The notes under the pieces are model-generated. The model was not told where the DNA came from and did no database searches. It saw nothing but the letters and a program-made list of their open reading frames with translations. Shown piece by piece: positions 8,506 to 16,217 of a stretch of 20,000 bases of DNA. Each line of letters begins with the position of its first letter. Position 1 is the stretch's first letter. Both the position numbers and the translations under genes were made by a program. Location of the stretch: the IMG/VR virus record IMGVR_UViG_3300025840_000024. One strand, 5' to 3'. Source of the DNA: an uncultured virus (IMG/VR IMGVR_UViG_3300025840_000024). Taxonomy: Duplodnaviria > Heunggongvirae > Uroviricota > Caudoviricetes.

Positions 8506-9865
8506 ACTTACAATTCTGCGCAATCTTCTATACAATGAAAACTATTCACGAAAGGTAATTCCTTTCATTCAACCAGATTATTTTGAGCAAAGGTCTGAAA
8601 AAGTAATCTTTCAGGAAATTGTTCATTTTATTGTTAAATATAACTCGGGCATCACAAAAGAAGCACTGACGATTGAACTTGAAAATCGTATAGATCTTAC
8701 CGAAACAGAAGTAAGGGAAGTTCGTGATATTGTAGATGCTCTTCATGATGCCCCAGTAGACTATCAATGGTTGCTGGATACAACAGAAAAATGGTGTCGT
8801 GACCGAGCCATTTATCTTGCTCTTATGGAAGCCATTGGTATTGCCGATGGTAATGATGAGAATAAGAACCGTGATGCAATTCCAAGTATTCTGTCAGATG
8901 CTCTGGCAGTTTCTTTTGATAATAATATCGGTCACGACTACTTAGAAAACTATCAGGAAAGGTATGAGTACTATCATCGGAAGGAAGAAAAAATTGAATT
9001 TGATCTCGAATATTTCAATAAAATTACCAAAGGCGGTTTACCTCCTAAGACTCTTAACATCGCGCTCGCTGGTACAGGTGTCGGCAAGTCTCTATTCATG
9101 TGCCATGTTGCTAGCTCCGTGCTGCTCCAAGGACGGAACGTTCTCTATATTACAATGGAGATGGCAGAAGAAAAAATTGCTGAACGAATTGACGCAAACT
9201 TATTGAATGTTCCCATTCAAAATCTGACTGATTTGCCAAAGTCAACATTTGAAAACAAGGTAACTAGTCTTTCAAAGAAGACTCAGGGAACACTTATAAT
9301 TAAAGAATATCCCACTGCATCGGCACATAGTGGACATTTTAAAGCACTGCTTAATGAACTTGCACTTAAGAAGTCATTTAAGCCTGATATTATTTTCATT
9401 GATTACCTTAATATATGTGCTTCCTCCCGCTATAAGTCAGGCGTTTCTATCAATTCATATAGCTATATCAAGGCTATTGCTGAAGAACTTAGAGGATTGG
9501 CTGTCGAGAAAGAAGTCCCTATCGTATCTGCCACCCAGACCACTCGTTCTGGTTATTCTAGCAGCGATGTTGATATCACTGACACTAGTGAATCCTTTGG
9601 TCTCCCTGCTACTGCTGATCTTATGTTTGCCCTTATTTCAACTGATGAGCTTGAACAACTTGGACAAATTATGGTGAAGCAGTTGAAAAATCGATATAAT
9701 GATCCGACAATGAACAAGCGATTTATTGTTGGTGTTGATCGTGCCAAGATGCGACTCTATGATTGTGAGCAAAGAGCGCAGAACGACATACTTGACTCTG
9801 GTCAGGAAGAGGAGTATAATTACGAGGAGAAACCCAAGAAATCATTTGAAGGATTCAAGTTTTGA
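8492..9865 (+). CDS. gp41: DnaB-like replicative helicase
   Basis: AGTGVGKS, ITMEMAE, IFIDYL, SATQTTR, KQLKNRY. Confidence 0.97.
   Translation: MERIELTILRNLLYNENYSRKVIPFIQPDYFEQRSEKVIFQEIVHFIVKYNSGITKEALTIELENRIDLTETEVREVRDIVDALHDAPVDYQWLLDTTEKWCRDRAIYLALMEAIGIADGNDENKNRDAIPSILSDALAVSFDNNIGHDYLENYQERYEYYHRKEEKIEFDLEYFNKITKGGLPPKTLNIALAGTGVGKSLFMCHVASSVLLQGRNVLYITMEMAEEKIAERIDANLLNVPIQNLTDLPKSTFENKVTSLSKKTQGTLIIKEYPTASAHSGHFKALLNELALKKSFKPDIIFIDYLNICASSRYKSGVSINSYSYIKAIAEELRGLAVEKEVPIVSATQTTRSGYSSSDVDITDTSESFGLPATADLMFALISTDELEQLGQIMVKQLKNRYNDPTMNKRFIVGVDRAKMRLYDCEQRAQNDILDSGQEEEYNYEEKPKKSFEGFKF
9792..9820 (+). promoter_or_regulatory. Sigma70-type early promoter inside the gp41 3' end
   Basis: TTGACT-17 nt-TATAAT. 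Confidence 0.8.
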
Positions 9866-10128
9866 TTTACTATACAGTTTACGATAAAAATGGCAATAAA
9901 CTTGCCGATTGTGGGGGAGAGAATGATGCCAAATGGTTGGCAGAGTTGCGTAAGGGCACTTATAAGACCAACCGACTTGAATGGAATCGGACTATTGATG
10001 TAGAAACTTCTAAACTTGAATTACCTACCAAAGATATTATTGTAAATATGGATGGTGGTGTCGGTGGTTCATGGACTGTCGAAAGTCCACAACTAGATGA
10101 AAACAAACAACAACCTTTTGAAGTATAA
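9862..10128 (+). CDS. Hypothetical protein
   Basis: TTG start overlapping the gp41 stop (TTGA), AAGGA upstream; fills the gap to mazG. Confidence 0.7.
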   Translation: MIYYTVYDKNGNKLADCGGENDAKWLAELRKGTYKTNRLEWNRTIDVETSKLELPTKDIIVNMDGGVGGSWTVESPQLDENKQQPFEV

Positions 10129-10130
10129 AA

Positions 10131-10547
10131 ATGACTGAACAAAAACATATTCAATTTGAGCGATACACCGAGTTTGTGGATGCCGTCACCTCCGATGCCT
10201 CCAAGGACTTTGTTGCTCTTGCCGACCGCATGGTCGAACTTGATGAAAAAGGTGCTAACATTGAGCGTCTCCTGACATCTGCCGTTGGTATTAATGCCGA
10301 AGGTGGTGAGTTTATGGAGATTGTTAAGAAGATGATTTTTCAAGGCAAACCTTGGAGTGAAGATAATCGTGAGCACCTGATTATTGAATTGGGAGATGTG
10401 ATGTGGTATGTTGCACAAGCATGTATGGCACTTGAAGTTTCTTTTGATGATGTAATCGCAGGTAATGTCAAGAAATTGGGTAAGCGTTATCCCGAAGGAA
10501 CTTTTGACATTTACTTCTCCGAAAATCGTGCTGCTGATGATCGCTAA
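10131..10547 (+). CDS. mazG: MazG-like nucleoside triphosphate pyrophosphohydrolase
   Basis: AEGGEFMEIVKK and ELGDVMWYVAQ acidic helical motifs; usual cyanomyovirus position after gp41. Confidence 0.92.
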   Translation: MTEQKHIQFERYTEFVDAVTSDASKDFVALADRMVELDEKGANIERLLTSAVGINAEGGEFMEIVKKMIFQGKPWSEDNREHLIIELGDVMWYVAQACMALEVSFDDVIAGNVKKLGKRYPEGTFDIYFSENRAADDR

Positions 10548-10550
10548 TTG

Positions 10551-10727
10551 ATGCCAAAAAAATCAAACGAAGATCTCCATCCATTTCCTACATTTCCATA
10601 TCGTTTAGAATATATGGATGGAAAAGATAAACGAGTTTGTCACTTCCAAACAGAAGATCATAGAACCAAACATATAAAACGATATGGATTGAGAAAAAAT
10701 AAATACACTATTAATGATGCCATATGA
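10551..10727 (+). CDS. Hypothetical protein, 58 aa (not in ORF track)
   Basis: Manually translated MPKKSNEDLHPFPTFPYRLEYMDGKDKRVCHFQTEDHRTKHIKRYGLRKNKYTINDAI*; ATGA overlap with the next ORF. Confidence 0.75.
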   Translation: MPKKSNEDLHPFPTFPYRLEYMDGKDKRVCHFQTEDHRTKHIKRYGLRKNKYTINDAI

Positions 10728-10912
10728 CTAAAAGAGAATTTACTGGAAAGGGTGGTGAAACATGGACTTGGGAAGAAACTCCTGAAACCATTGAAGCACT
10801 AAAAAAATTGCATGAAACTTCCCAAACAAATGCAACCAATCGTCTTCACGAAGACATTCGCAAGTTGAAAGCACAAGACGATAAAATGAACTATGATACG
10901 AGTGGAAAATGA
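10724..10912 (+). CDS. Hypothetical protein
   Basis: ATGA overlaps at both ends. Confidence 0.75.
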   Translation: MTKREFTGKGGETWTWEETPETIEALKKLHETSQTNATNRLHEDIRKLKAQDDKMNYDTSGK

Positions 10913-11085
10913 CTGACAAAACTGTTACAATCGAACTTGATGTAGTCTCTGCCGCAACGGTAAGACAAATTCTTTTTGAGGCGCAGAAAGGATATAGTTA
11001 TGAATATCCTCCTCAACGAATCACTGTTATTCGTGATGTAGTAAAAGCACTTGATGAAAAGATTGGAGAAGTAGTCGATGAATGA
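10909..11085 (+). CDS. Hypothetical protein, 58 aa (not in ORF track)
   Basis: Manually translated MTDKTVTIELDVVSAATVRQILFEAQKGYSYEYPPQRITVIRDVVKALDEKIGEVVDE*; coupled to both neighbours. Confidence 0.75.
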   Translation: MTDKTVTIELDVVSAATVRQILFEAQKGYSYEYPPQRITVIRDVVKALDEKIGEVVDE

Positions 11086-11290
11086 TAAACCTATTACAGT
11101 TGAAGAATATAAAGAAGTCGGTGAGCAGTTTTGGTCAAAGTTTGATTATGTGGCACAAAACATTGGTGAGGGTGCCAAACCAGAAGACATTCTAAAAGTT
11201 ATGGAATCTCTTGCTGGTCTGGTAATGAAAAAACGAGCAGAAAAGAAAAAAGTTTCTCTGGGATTTAACAAGGAAACTAACGATGAATGA
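11078..11290 (+). CDS. Hypothetical protein
   Basis: GGAG SD, overlaps both neighbours. Confidence 0.8.
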   Translation: MNDKPITVEEYKEVGEQFWSKFDYVAQNIGEGAKPEDILKVMESLAGLVMKKRAEKKKVSLGFNKETNDE

Positions 11291-11504
11291 ACCCGAAATC
11301 GTAATGTATGATGACTGCTTCTTTATTGAGGAGCGATTTGGTCTTTGGATTAGCGTATCTAAAGACCGTGAAGCACTAGTAACATCTCTTACAAAAGAAG
11401 AATGTATTACAGCAACACGATTTTATTTGAAGGGAAAACAGGAAGGTTGGGCAGAAGAAAATAATCGTGTTATTAATGACGGTGTTGTTGGCGGCAAACT
11501 TTGA
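11283..11504 (+). CDS. Hypothetical protein
   Basis: AAGGA SD; ends DGVVGGKL just before the tRNA. Confidence 0.8.
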   Translation: MNEPEIVMYDDCFFIEERFGLWISVSKDREALVTSLTKEECITATRFYLKGKQEGWAEENNRVINDGVVGGKL

Positions 11505-11517
11505 TGCCGTCTTTTCT

Positions 11518-11588
11518 GGGGAATTAGTTAAACGGTATAACGGGTGCTTTGCAAGCACTTATTAGGAGTTCGATTCTCCTATTCTCCA
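11518..11588 (+). tRNA. tRNA-Ala(UGC)
   Basis: Acceptor GGGGAAT/ATTCTCC with the G3:U70 alanine determinant, D stem GTTA/TAAC, anticodon arm GGTGC-TT TGC AA-GCACT, T arm AGGAG-TTCGATT-CTCCT, discriminator A; CCA not encoded. Confidence 0.95.
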
Positions 11589-11590
11589 TT

Positions 11591-11597
11591 CTAAATA
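11591..11597 (+). promoter_or_regulatory. Possible late (gp55-type) promoter
   Basis: CTAAATA, variant of the T4-like TATAAATA, 9 nt before ATG 11607. Confidence 0.5.
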
Positions 11598-11606
11598 AAA
11601 ATAAAA

Positions 11607-12536
11607 ATGGCAAATTTGTCCGCAAATGAACTTGCAAAAAGAAATAATTTTAATATATTTTTGACGAGGGTTCGATCCGGTAAAGAATTTGTATTGACTG
11701 AATCGAAAGGTGTGAAAATTAGATTGGATAAATCTATTTTAAAATCTTTGACCAGTGTAAATAGTCTTAATAATTATAAAGTTGGTCAATCTATTATGTT
11801 ACCAACTGATAATGGGTATATGGTCAGACTGGCTCAAATATATAAAGATTCTGAGTTTTCTGGTAGAACTCAGGCAACTACAGCACAAGAAGATGCTCAA
11901 ATTATAAGAGTTAATCAGCAACTTCGGGAGATATTTGATAAAACTGGTACGGATTTTACTTTATTAAAAGTTGGCAATACTACCTATCAGGTTGGTTTTT
12001 GCGAAAGTACCCCTGGTACTCCAAAATGTGACTTTCACTTTAAAGGAACTGTAGCGGGACAATATGCTGGGCATGTTTCTCATAAAGCTGGTGATGGTGC
12101 CAGAGCATTTCAACAATGGGCAGGAACATCCCAAAGAGTAGAACCAAATATTTTTAATCACCCAGAAACTCAAGCGTTTATCAATACTTTAAAAGAACTG
12201 TACCCTAATGGTATGCCTCCAGCAACAACTGTTGGTAGAAGAATTCAGGATGATAATTTAAAAAAGATGGCAGTATATGGTAGTCAGTATGGTGGGATAA
12301 GAGGGGAAAATAATGTTGATATTACTATGCAAGGAGTTTTGAATATTCGAAACAAAGGTAGATATTATGAATTAACTTCTACAGGACATAAACTGAATAA
12401 TGGAGATAGAATAACTGGAAATTATGAACCTGTGTTTTTAGGAGTTTATAAAGGAGATAGAAGTGATCATGGAATAAGAGGTGCAAGAGTAATCATTCAA
12501 CCAATTGGCGGAAGAACAATTAAGCAATATGTATAA
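11607..12536 (+). CDS. Hypothetical protein, putative PD-(D/E)XK-fold endonuclease
   Basis: TAQE helix, TPKCDFHF, HVSHK and FQQW in the order seen in E...KxD...SxK restriction-like nucleases; functional call is inference. Confidence 0.55.
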   Translation: MANLSANELAKRNNFNIFLTRVRSGKEFVLTESKGVKIRLDKSILKSLTSVNSLNNYKVGQSIMLPTDNGYMVRLAQIYKDSEFSGRTQATTAQEDAQIIRVNQQLREIFDKTGTDFTLLKVGNTTYQVGFCESTPGTPKCDFHFKGTVAGQYAGHVSHKAGDGARAFQQWAGTSQRVEPNIFNHPETQAFINTLKELYPNGMPPATTVGRRIQDDNLKKMAVYGSQYGGIRGENNVDITMQGVLNIRNKGRYYELTSTGHKLNNGDRITGNYEPVFLGVYKGDRSDHGIRGARVIIQPIGGRTIKQYV

Positions 12537-12541
12537 GAAAA

Positions 12542-12760
12542 ATGGAAACAGAAAAATTTGTAAAAGATTTACTATCTGATTTTAACGGATCATATAAAGA
12601 TTTTTTTTCCTATGTTTATAAAATTTTTACTAAAAAAATAGATTCTATAAGTAGGAAAGAAATCAAAGATAAATATATAAAGATAAGAAAAAGTATTCTG
12701 AATTATGTTATTGCGAATGAAAAAACAATAACGGCAGAACTTAATAGAAAAAGAAAATAA
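12542..12760 (+). CDS. Small basic hypothetical protein
   Basis: 72-aa ORF filling the gap between flanking genes; very A+T rich. Confidence 0.75.
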   Translation: METEKFVKDLLSDFNGSYKDFFSYVYKIFTKKIDSISRKEIKDKYIKIRKSILNYVIANEKTITAELNRKRK

Positions 12761-12766
12761 AAAATA

Positions 12767-13300
12767 ATGAAAAATTTTTCCCAATTCTTAAGTGAGATTA
12801 GAAGTCCGAAAGAAACTGCCAGACTTCTAAATCTTAAAAGCGATGGTCATGGTGGATATTATGATGGAAGAGGAGAGTTTACCGCAAAAAGCGTTGGTGG
12901 AAGACTTGTATTTTATAATAAAATGCAAGTAGTGGGTCGTAAGGATCCAAGACAAACTGAAAAGGAAAAAACTATAGCATCTCCTGGTTATAGAGATCCT
13001 AATAGATTAAGAGAACAATATATAAACAAAGAAATTTTTAATGAAAATGATTGGGTAAAAAGCATAGTAACTGAAAAGGTGGGAAAAATTATTCGTAGAG
13101 GGACAAATTACCTTATTTGTGTTACTGAAGATGGTGATATGTTTAAGTCTTGGATTAAAGATCTGATAGAATATAGTGAAGTTAAGATGGATGATAAATA
13201 TCGTCTTCCCGGTAAACCAAATATGTTAATTGGAACGGATGGATATCGTAAGAATGCAGAGGACGCAATCAAATTCCTAAATAAATATAGAAAAAAGTAA
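12767..13300 (+). CDS. Protein resembling the termini of cyanophage cytidyltransferase, without the catalytic domain
   Basis: LKSDGHGGYYD..GEFTAK and GKIIRRGTNYLICVTEDG..FKSWIKD recalled from that family; no GRFNPP..GH (HIGH) motif present. Confidence 0.65.
   Translation: MKNFSQFLSEIRSPKETARLLNLKSDGHGGYYDGRGEFTAKSVGGRLVFYNKMQVVGRKDPRQTEKEKTIASPGYRDPNRLREQYINKEIFNENDWVKSIVTEKVGKIIRRGTNYLICVTEDGDMFKSWIKDLIEYSEVKMDDKYRLPGKPNMLIGTDGYRKNAEDAIKFLNKYRKK
13280..13287 (+). promoter_or_regulatory. Late promoter candidate
   Basis: AATAAATA (overlapping CTAAATA) about 30 nt before ATG 13317. Confidence 0.65.
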
Positions 13301-13316
13301 GAAGTAAAATTTTCTC

Positions 13317-14672
13317 ATGAAAAGGAATATTGCCGAAGAACTTCCTGCAAGAAAGCATCCTGCAGGTGCTTCAAGTTCTAAAGGAAAAGAATTGGAAAAT
13401 AGAAAACAAACAGATCCTGCCAAAAAAGCAAAGCAGGCAGTTTATGATATTCGTTACAGAGCAAGAAGAGAAGAAATTCCCCTTCGTCAGGCATATTCAC
13501 AATATCTTCAAAATAGTAGTTTAAGTCAGCAAGAAAGAGAAGTTGTAAAGGGGATGTTGTTTGGAAAAAATGGTATGAGAGAAGATTATCAAATTCAAGA
13601 AACAGCATCTTTAAGTGTTGCAAGTGCGTTGTATAAGGTTTTTGTTGATAATGAGGTTATTGATGATGAAGTAAGTTTAGTTTATGAGCAAGAGATGCAA
13701 AACACTGGAGAGAAGAAATATAAAGTAAGAGTAACAGGAAAGGATGGTCGTACTTATGTTAGAATGGCAACTCGCCAAAAAATAAATGATCTTCGCCAAA
13801 ATCCAAATATTTCTGAAGTTGAAATGACTGGTTATGGTGAACCATATGAGGGAAAAAAGAAAAAGTCTGGAGGTTTAGATCCTGTAGGTAAAGAGGATTC
13901 AGATGTTAATAATGATGGTAAGGTAGATAAGACAGATTCATATCTCAAGAATCGTCGCGAAAAAATTGGCAAGGAAATTGCCAAAGAAGAATTTATTCAT
14001 GAAGCTGAGTCAGAGACTGAGAATGATAGAAAAGAAATAAAAATTATGAAAGGAAAAAATAATGTTACCGTGATGCCCAATGCTCCAGGATCTAACAAAA
14101 ATAATTATCAAATGAATTCAAATGAAATGGAAGGTCCTTTCATCACTGAAAAAGCTTTAAGTAGAGCACAACAAAAATTTATGGGTATGGTTTATGCGGC
14201 AAAAAAAGGTGAAACACCAGCATCCCCTGAAGTTGAAAAGGCAGCAAAAGGCATGAGTGAAAAGGAAGCAAAGAAATTTGCAAAAACAAAGCATGAAGGT
14301 CTTCCAGAAAAAGTGAAAGAAGAAAAGGAAGAAAAAAGAGATGCTAGATCTGATAAAGCGTATAGAGAAATGCTTAAAAATAAATTGAGATCTGGTCTTG
14401 GGATAAAAAATCCTATGGTTCTCACTGACCCTCAAAAATTGGAAAAGGATTTTGATAAAATTGCCACTTCAAGTTCTGTAAAAGATTGTATGGATGAAGA
14501 TAAAATAATAGAATCTAAAGATGATCCAGGTGATGAGAAAAAACTTGCCAGATTAGGGGCAAAGAGAATGGATGCAGTCGCACTTCTCAAGGATAAATTG
14601 GACAAATATCATGCTGACAGACTAAAGAAAATAAATACCAAAAATAAGAATAATCCGGCTCCCCGCCTATAA
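13317..14672 (+). CDS. Highly charged modular protein, probable virion/internal head protein with an EF-hand-like loop and a DUF3008-like segment
   Basis: [14 protein letters not shown] loop; [19 protein letters not shown]...[21 protein letters not shown]; late promoter upstream. Confidence 0.7.
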   Translation: MKRNIAEELPARKHPAGASSSKGKELENRKQTDPAKKAKQAVYDIRYRARREEIPLRQAYSQYLQNSSLSQQEREVVKGMLFGKNGMREDYQIQETASLSVASALYKVFVDNEVIDDEVSLVYEQEMQNTGEKKYKVRVTGKDGRTYVRMATRQKINDLRQNPNISEVEMTGYGEPYEGKKKKSGGLDPVGKEDSDVNNDGKVDKTDSYLKNRREKIGKEIAKEEFIHEAESETENDRKEIKIMKGKNNVTVMPNAPGSNKNNYQMNSNEMEGPFITEKALSRAQQKFMGMVYAAKKGETPASPEVEKAAKGMSEKEAKKFAKTKHEGLPEKVKEEKEEKRDARSDKAYREMLKNKLRSGLGIKNPMVLTDPQKLEKDFDKIATSSSVKDCMDEDKIIESKDDPGDEKKLARLGAKRMDAVALLKDKLDKYHADRLKKINTKNKNNPAPRL

Positions 14673-14714
14673 GAGTAAGAGCATGATATATAGTAGTAGG
14701 TTGCCACTACTACT

Positions 14715-14915
14715 ATGCTTGCATTTCTTCTTCCATTAGCATCAAAAATTATCTCTGATGCCGTTGCCAAGATTCCGGAAAATGAGGAACTTGGAGAAAA
14801 ACTGATTGATATTTGTTTAGTTATTCTTGAAAAAGCAGTAAAACTGACCAAGACTGATATGGACGATCAACTTTTAGAGGTTGTTACGAAGGCAATTAAA
14901 GCAAGAGAAGAGTGA
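14715..14915 (+). CDS. Small helical hypothetical protein
   Basis: 66-aa ORF with amphipathic N-terminus, followed by a terminator. Confidence 0.85.
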   Translation: MLAFLLPLASKIISDAVAKIPENEELGEKLIDICLVILEKAVKLTKTDMDDQLLEVVTKAIKAREE

Positions 14916-14920
14916 TATTT

Positions 14921-14945
14921 GGAGACCTTAGGGTCTCCTTTTTTT
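14921..14945 (+). terminator. Rho-independent terminator
   Basis: GGAGACC-ttag-GGTCTCC followed by T7. Confidence 0.9.
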
Positions 14946-14952
14946 ATAAATA
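14945..14952 (+). promoter_or_regulatory. T4-type late promoter
   Basis: Perfect TATAAATA fused to the terminator T tract, 31 nt before ATG 14984. Confidence 0.85.
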
Positions 14953-14983
14953 TCTGTATAAAAAGAATTATAGGTAAGGGAAC

Positions 14984-15625
14984 ATGGCTCTTTGGGGCAA
15001 TAAAGATTTGGTTTATAATGATGGTACTATTGCCGTCAATTTCGATACAAAGCAAGTAACTGGAACGGTAGGTGTAGTTACCTTTACTACTTCAAGTTCA
15101 GGAATTAATACTGGTGCCGTAATTACTGTTGGTGCTGGAGCAACATATGGTTATGCCGTAATTACTGGTGGTATTACTTCTACCACTATGAATATTGATA
15201 GCACTAGTGGTTTTGTTGTTGGACTTACAACTGTTCCTGCCGGAGCATCATATGCTATTTCTGAAGAACCTCTTTATACAATAACTGATTCTGGATATAT
15301 TGCTCCAGAGGCAAAAGCAGCTGCTGATGCAACAAAGACTGGACCAGATGGATATACAAAACTTTTCACATCATCCATTTATGGTGTAGATACTACAGAA
15401 GTTGGAGTTGCTAATACTGCAACTGGCGATGCACGCAAGTATGCTCCTGCACATGCTGGTTGGGTTGGTGTTACAACTTACATGGATATGCATGGCAATC
15501 TCAGAGTTAAGACTGAAACATTTGTTGCAATGAGTGCCGATGCCGATGGTAATGGCGGTATTCAGAATGATGCTGATGGTTCTATTATTGCTGACGATAC
15601 TCAATATCCAGATACTGCTAGCTGA
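14984..15625 (+). CDS. Probable virion structural protein
   Basis: G/T/A-rich beta-type composition, MALWG start, AHAGWVG...RVKTETFVAMS; perfect late promoter upstream. Confidence 0.75.
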   Translation: MALWGNKDLVYNDGTIAVNFDTKQVTGTVGVVTFTTSSSGINTGAVITVGAGATYGYAVITGGITSTTMNIDSTSGFVVGLTTVPAGASYAISEEPLYTITDSGYIAPEAKAAADATKTGPDGYTKLFTSSIYGVDTTEVGVANTATGDARKYAPAHAGWVGVTTYMDMHGNLRVKTETFVAMSADADGNGGIQNDADGSIIADDTQYPDTAS

Positions 15626-15641
15626 TATTAAAGGGTGATGT

Positions 15642-16013
15642 ATGAAATTTGATGAATTGAATGAGGGTAATTATTTACTCTTCGCCATAAAATTCTACGA
15701 TAATCCCCAAGCAGTTACAATGGAAGATTTTGAGAACGATTTAAAAAGAATACGTTATATAAAGAGACTTTTGAAAAGGTATCAAAGTACTGGTGAAATT
15801 AAAATACACCTTATTTTGAATCATTTAATTGTTCTCTTTAATGTTTTTAATGATGCTGCTGTTCCTTTATTATTCTATAATTTGGAAAAAGAATTGTGGT
15901 CACCATTAAAAAGTTTTTTGGTCTATTTGAATAGAATTCCCGAGTATCCAAAAACTCAGATACATGATATAGAAGAAGATTCAACTTGTCTCCTGAAATT
16001 AAAGAAACTCTAA
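15642..16013 (+). CDS. Conserved T4-like phage hypothetical protein
   Basis: YDNPQ...EDFENDLKRIRYIKRLLKRY...LILNHLIVLFNVF recalled as a widespread T4-like core ORF. Confidence 0.85.
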   Translation: MKFDELNEGNYLLFAIKFYDNPQAVTMEDFENDLKRIRYIKRLLKRYQSTGEIKIHLILNHLIVLFNVFNDAAVPLLFYNLEKELWSPLKSFLVYLNRIPEYPKTQIHDIEEDSTCLLKLKKL

Positions 16014-16216
16014 TGGACATAGAAAAAATTATTAAAATTGTTAGAGAACTAAAGGAAGAAGGATCTTCAATTGCTAATGTGAGTGGAGCAAGTTCTTTGG
16101 GGTTTAATCCAGAAACAGAAACTCCTCCTGTTTATTTAAATAAAAAGAAAAAAAGACCTCCCATAATTGCCAGAGGTTTGATGCCAGGAGCAAGGAAACG
16201 TTGGAGCAATAAGTAA
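16013..16216 (+). CDS. Hypothetical protein
   Basis: TAATG coupling gives ATG 16013; basic C-terminus. Confidence 0.75.
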   Translation: MDIEKIIKIVRELKEEGSSIANVSGASSLGFNPETETPPVYLNKKKKRPPIIARGLMPGARKRWSNK

Positions 16217-16217
16217 A

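Noticed and set aside
4985..9865. Introns, inteins or split genes in gp43, uvsX and gp41 (also checked nrdA)
   Set aside because: Continuous frames of ordinary length, motifs normally spaced, no intein or homing-endonuclease signature seen
2161..12536. Methyltransferase plus the 309-aa nuclease candidate as a classical restriction-modification pair
   Set aside because: About 8.5 kb apart, in different predicted transcription classes, with no evidence for a shared target; kept only as a hypothesis
12600..12610. T homopolymer as a phase-variation or frameshift site
   Set aside because: The ORF stays in frame and such runs are expected in this A+T-rich stretch
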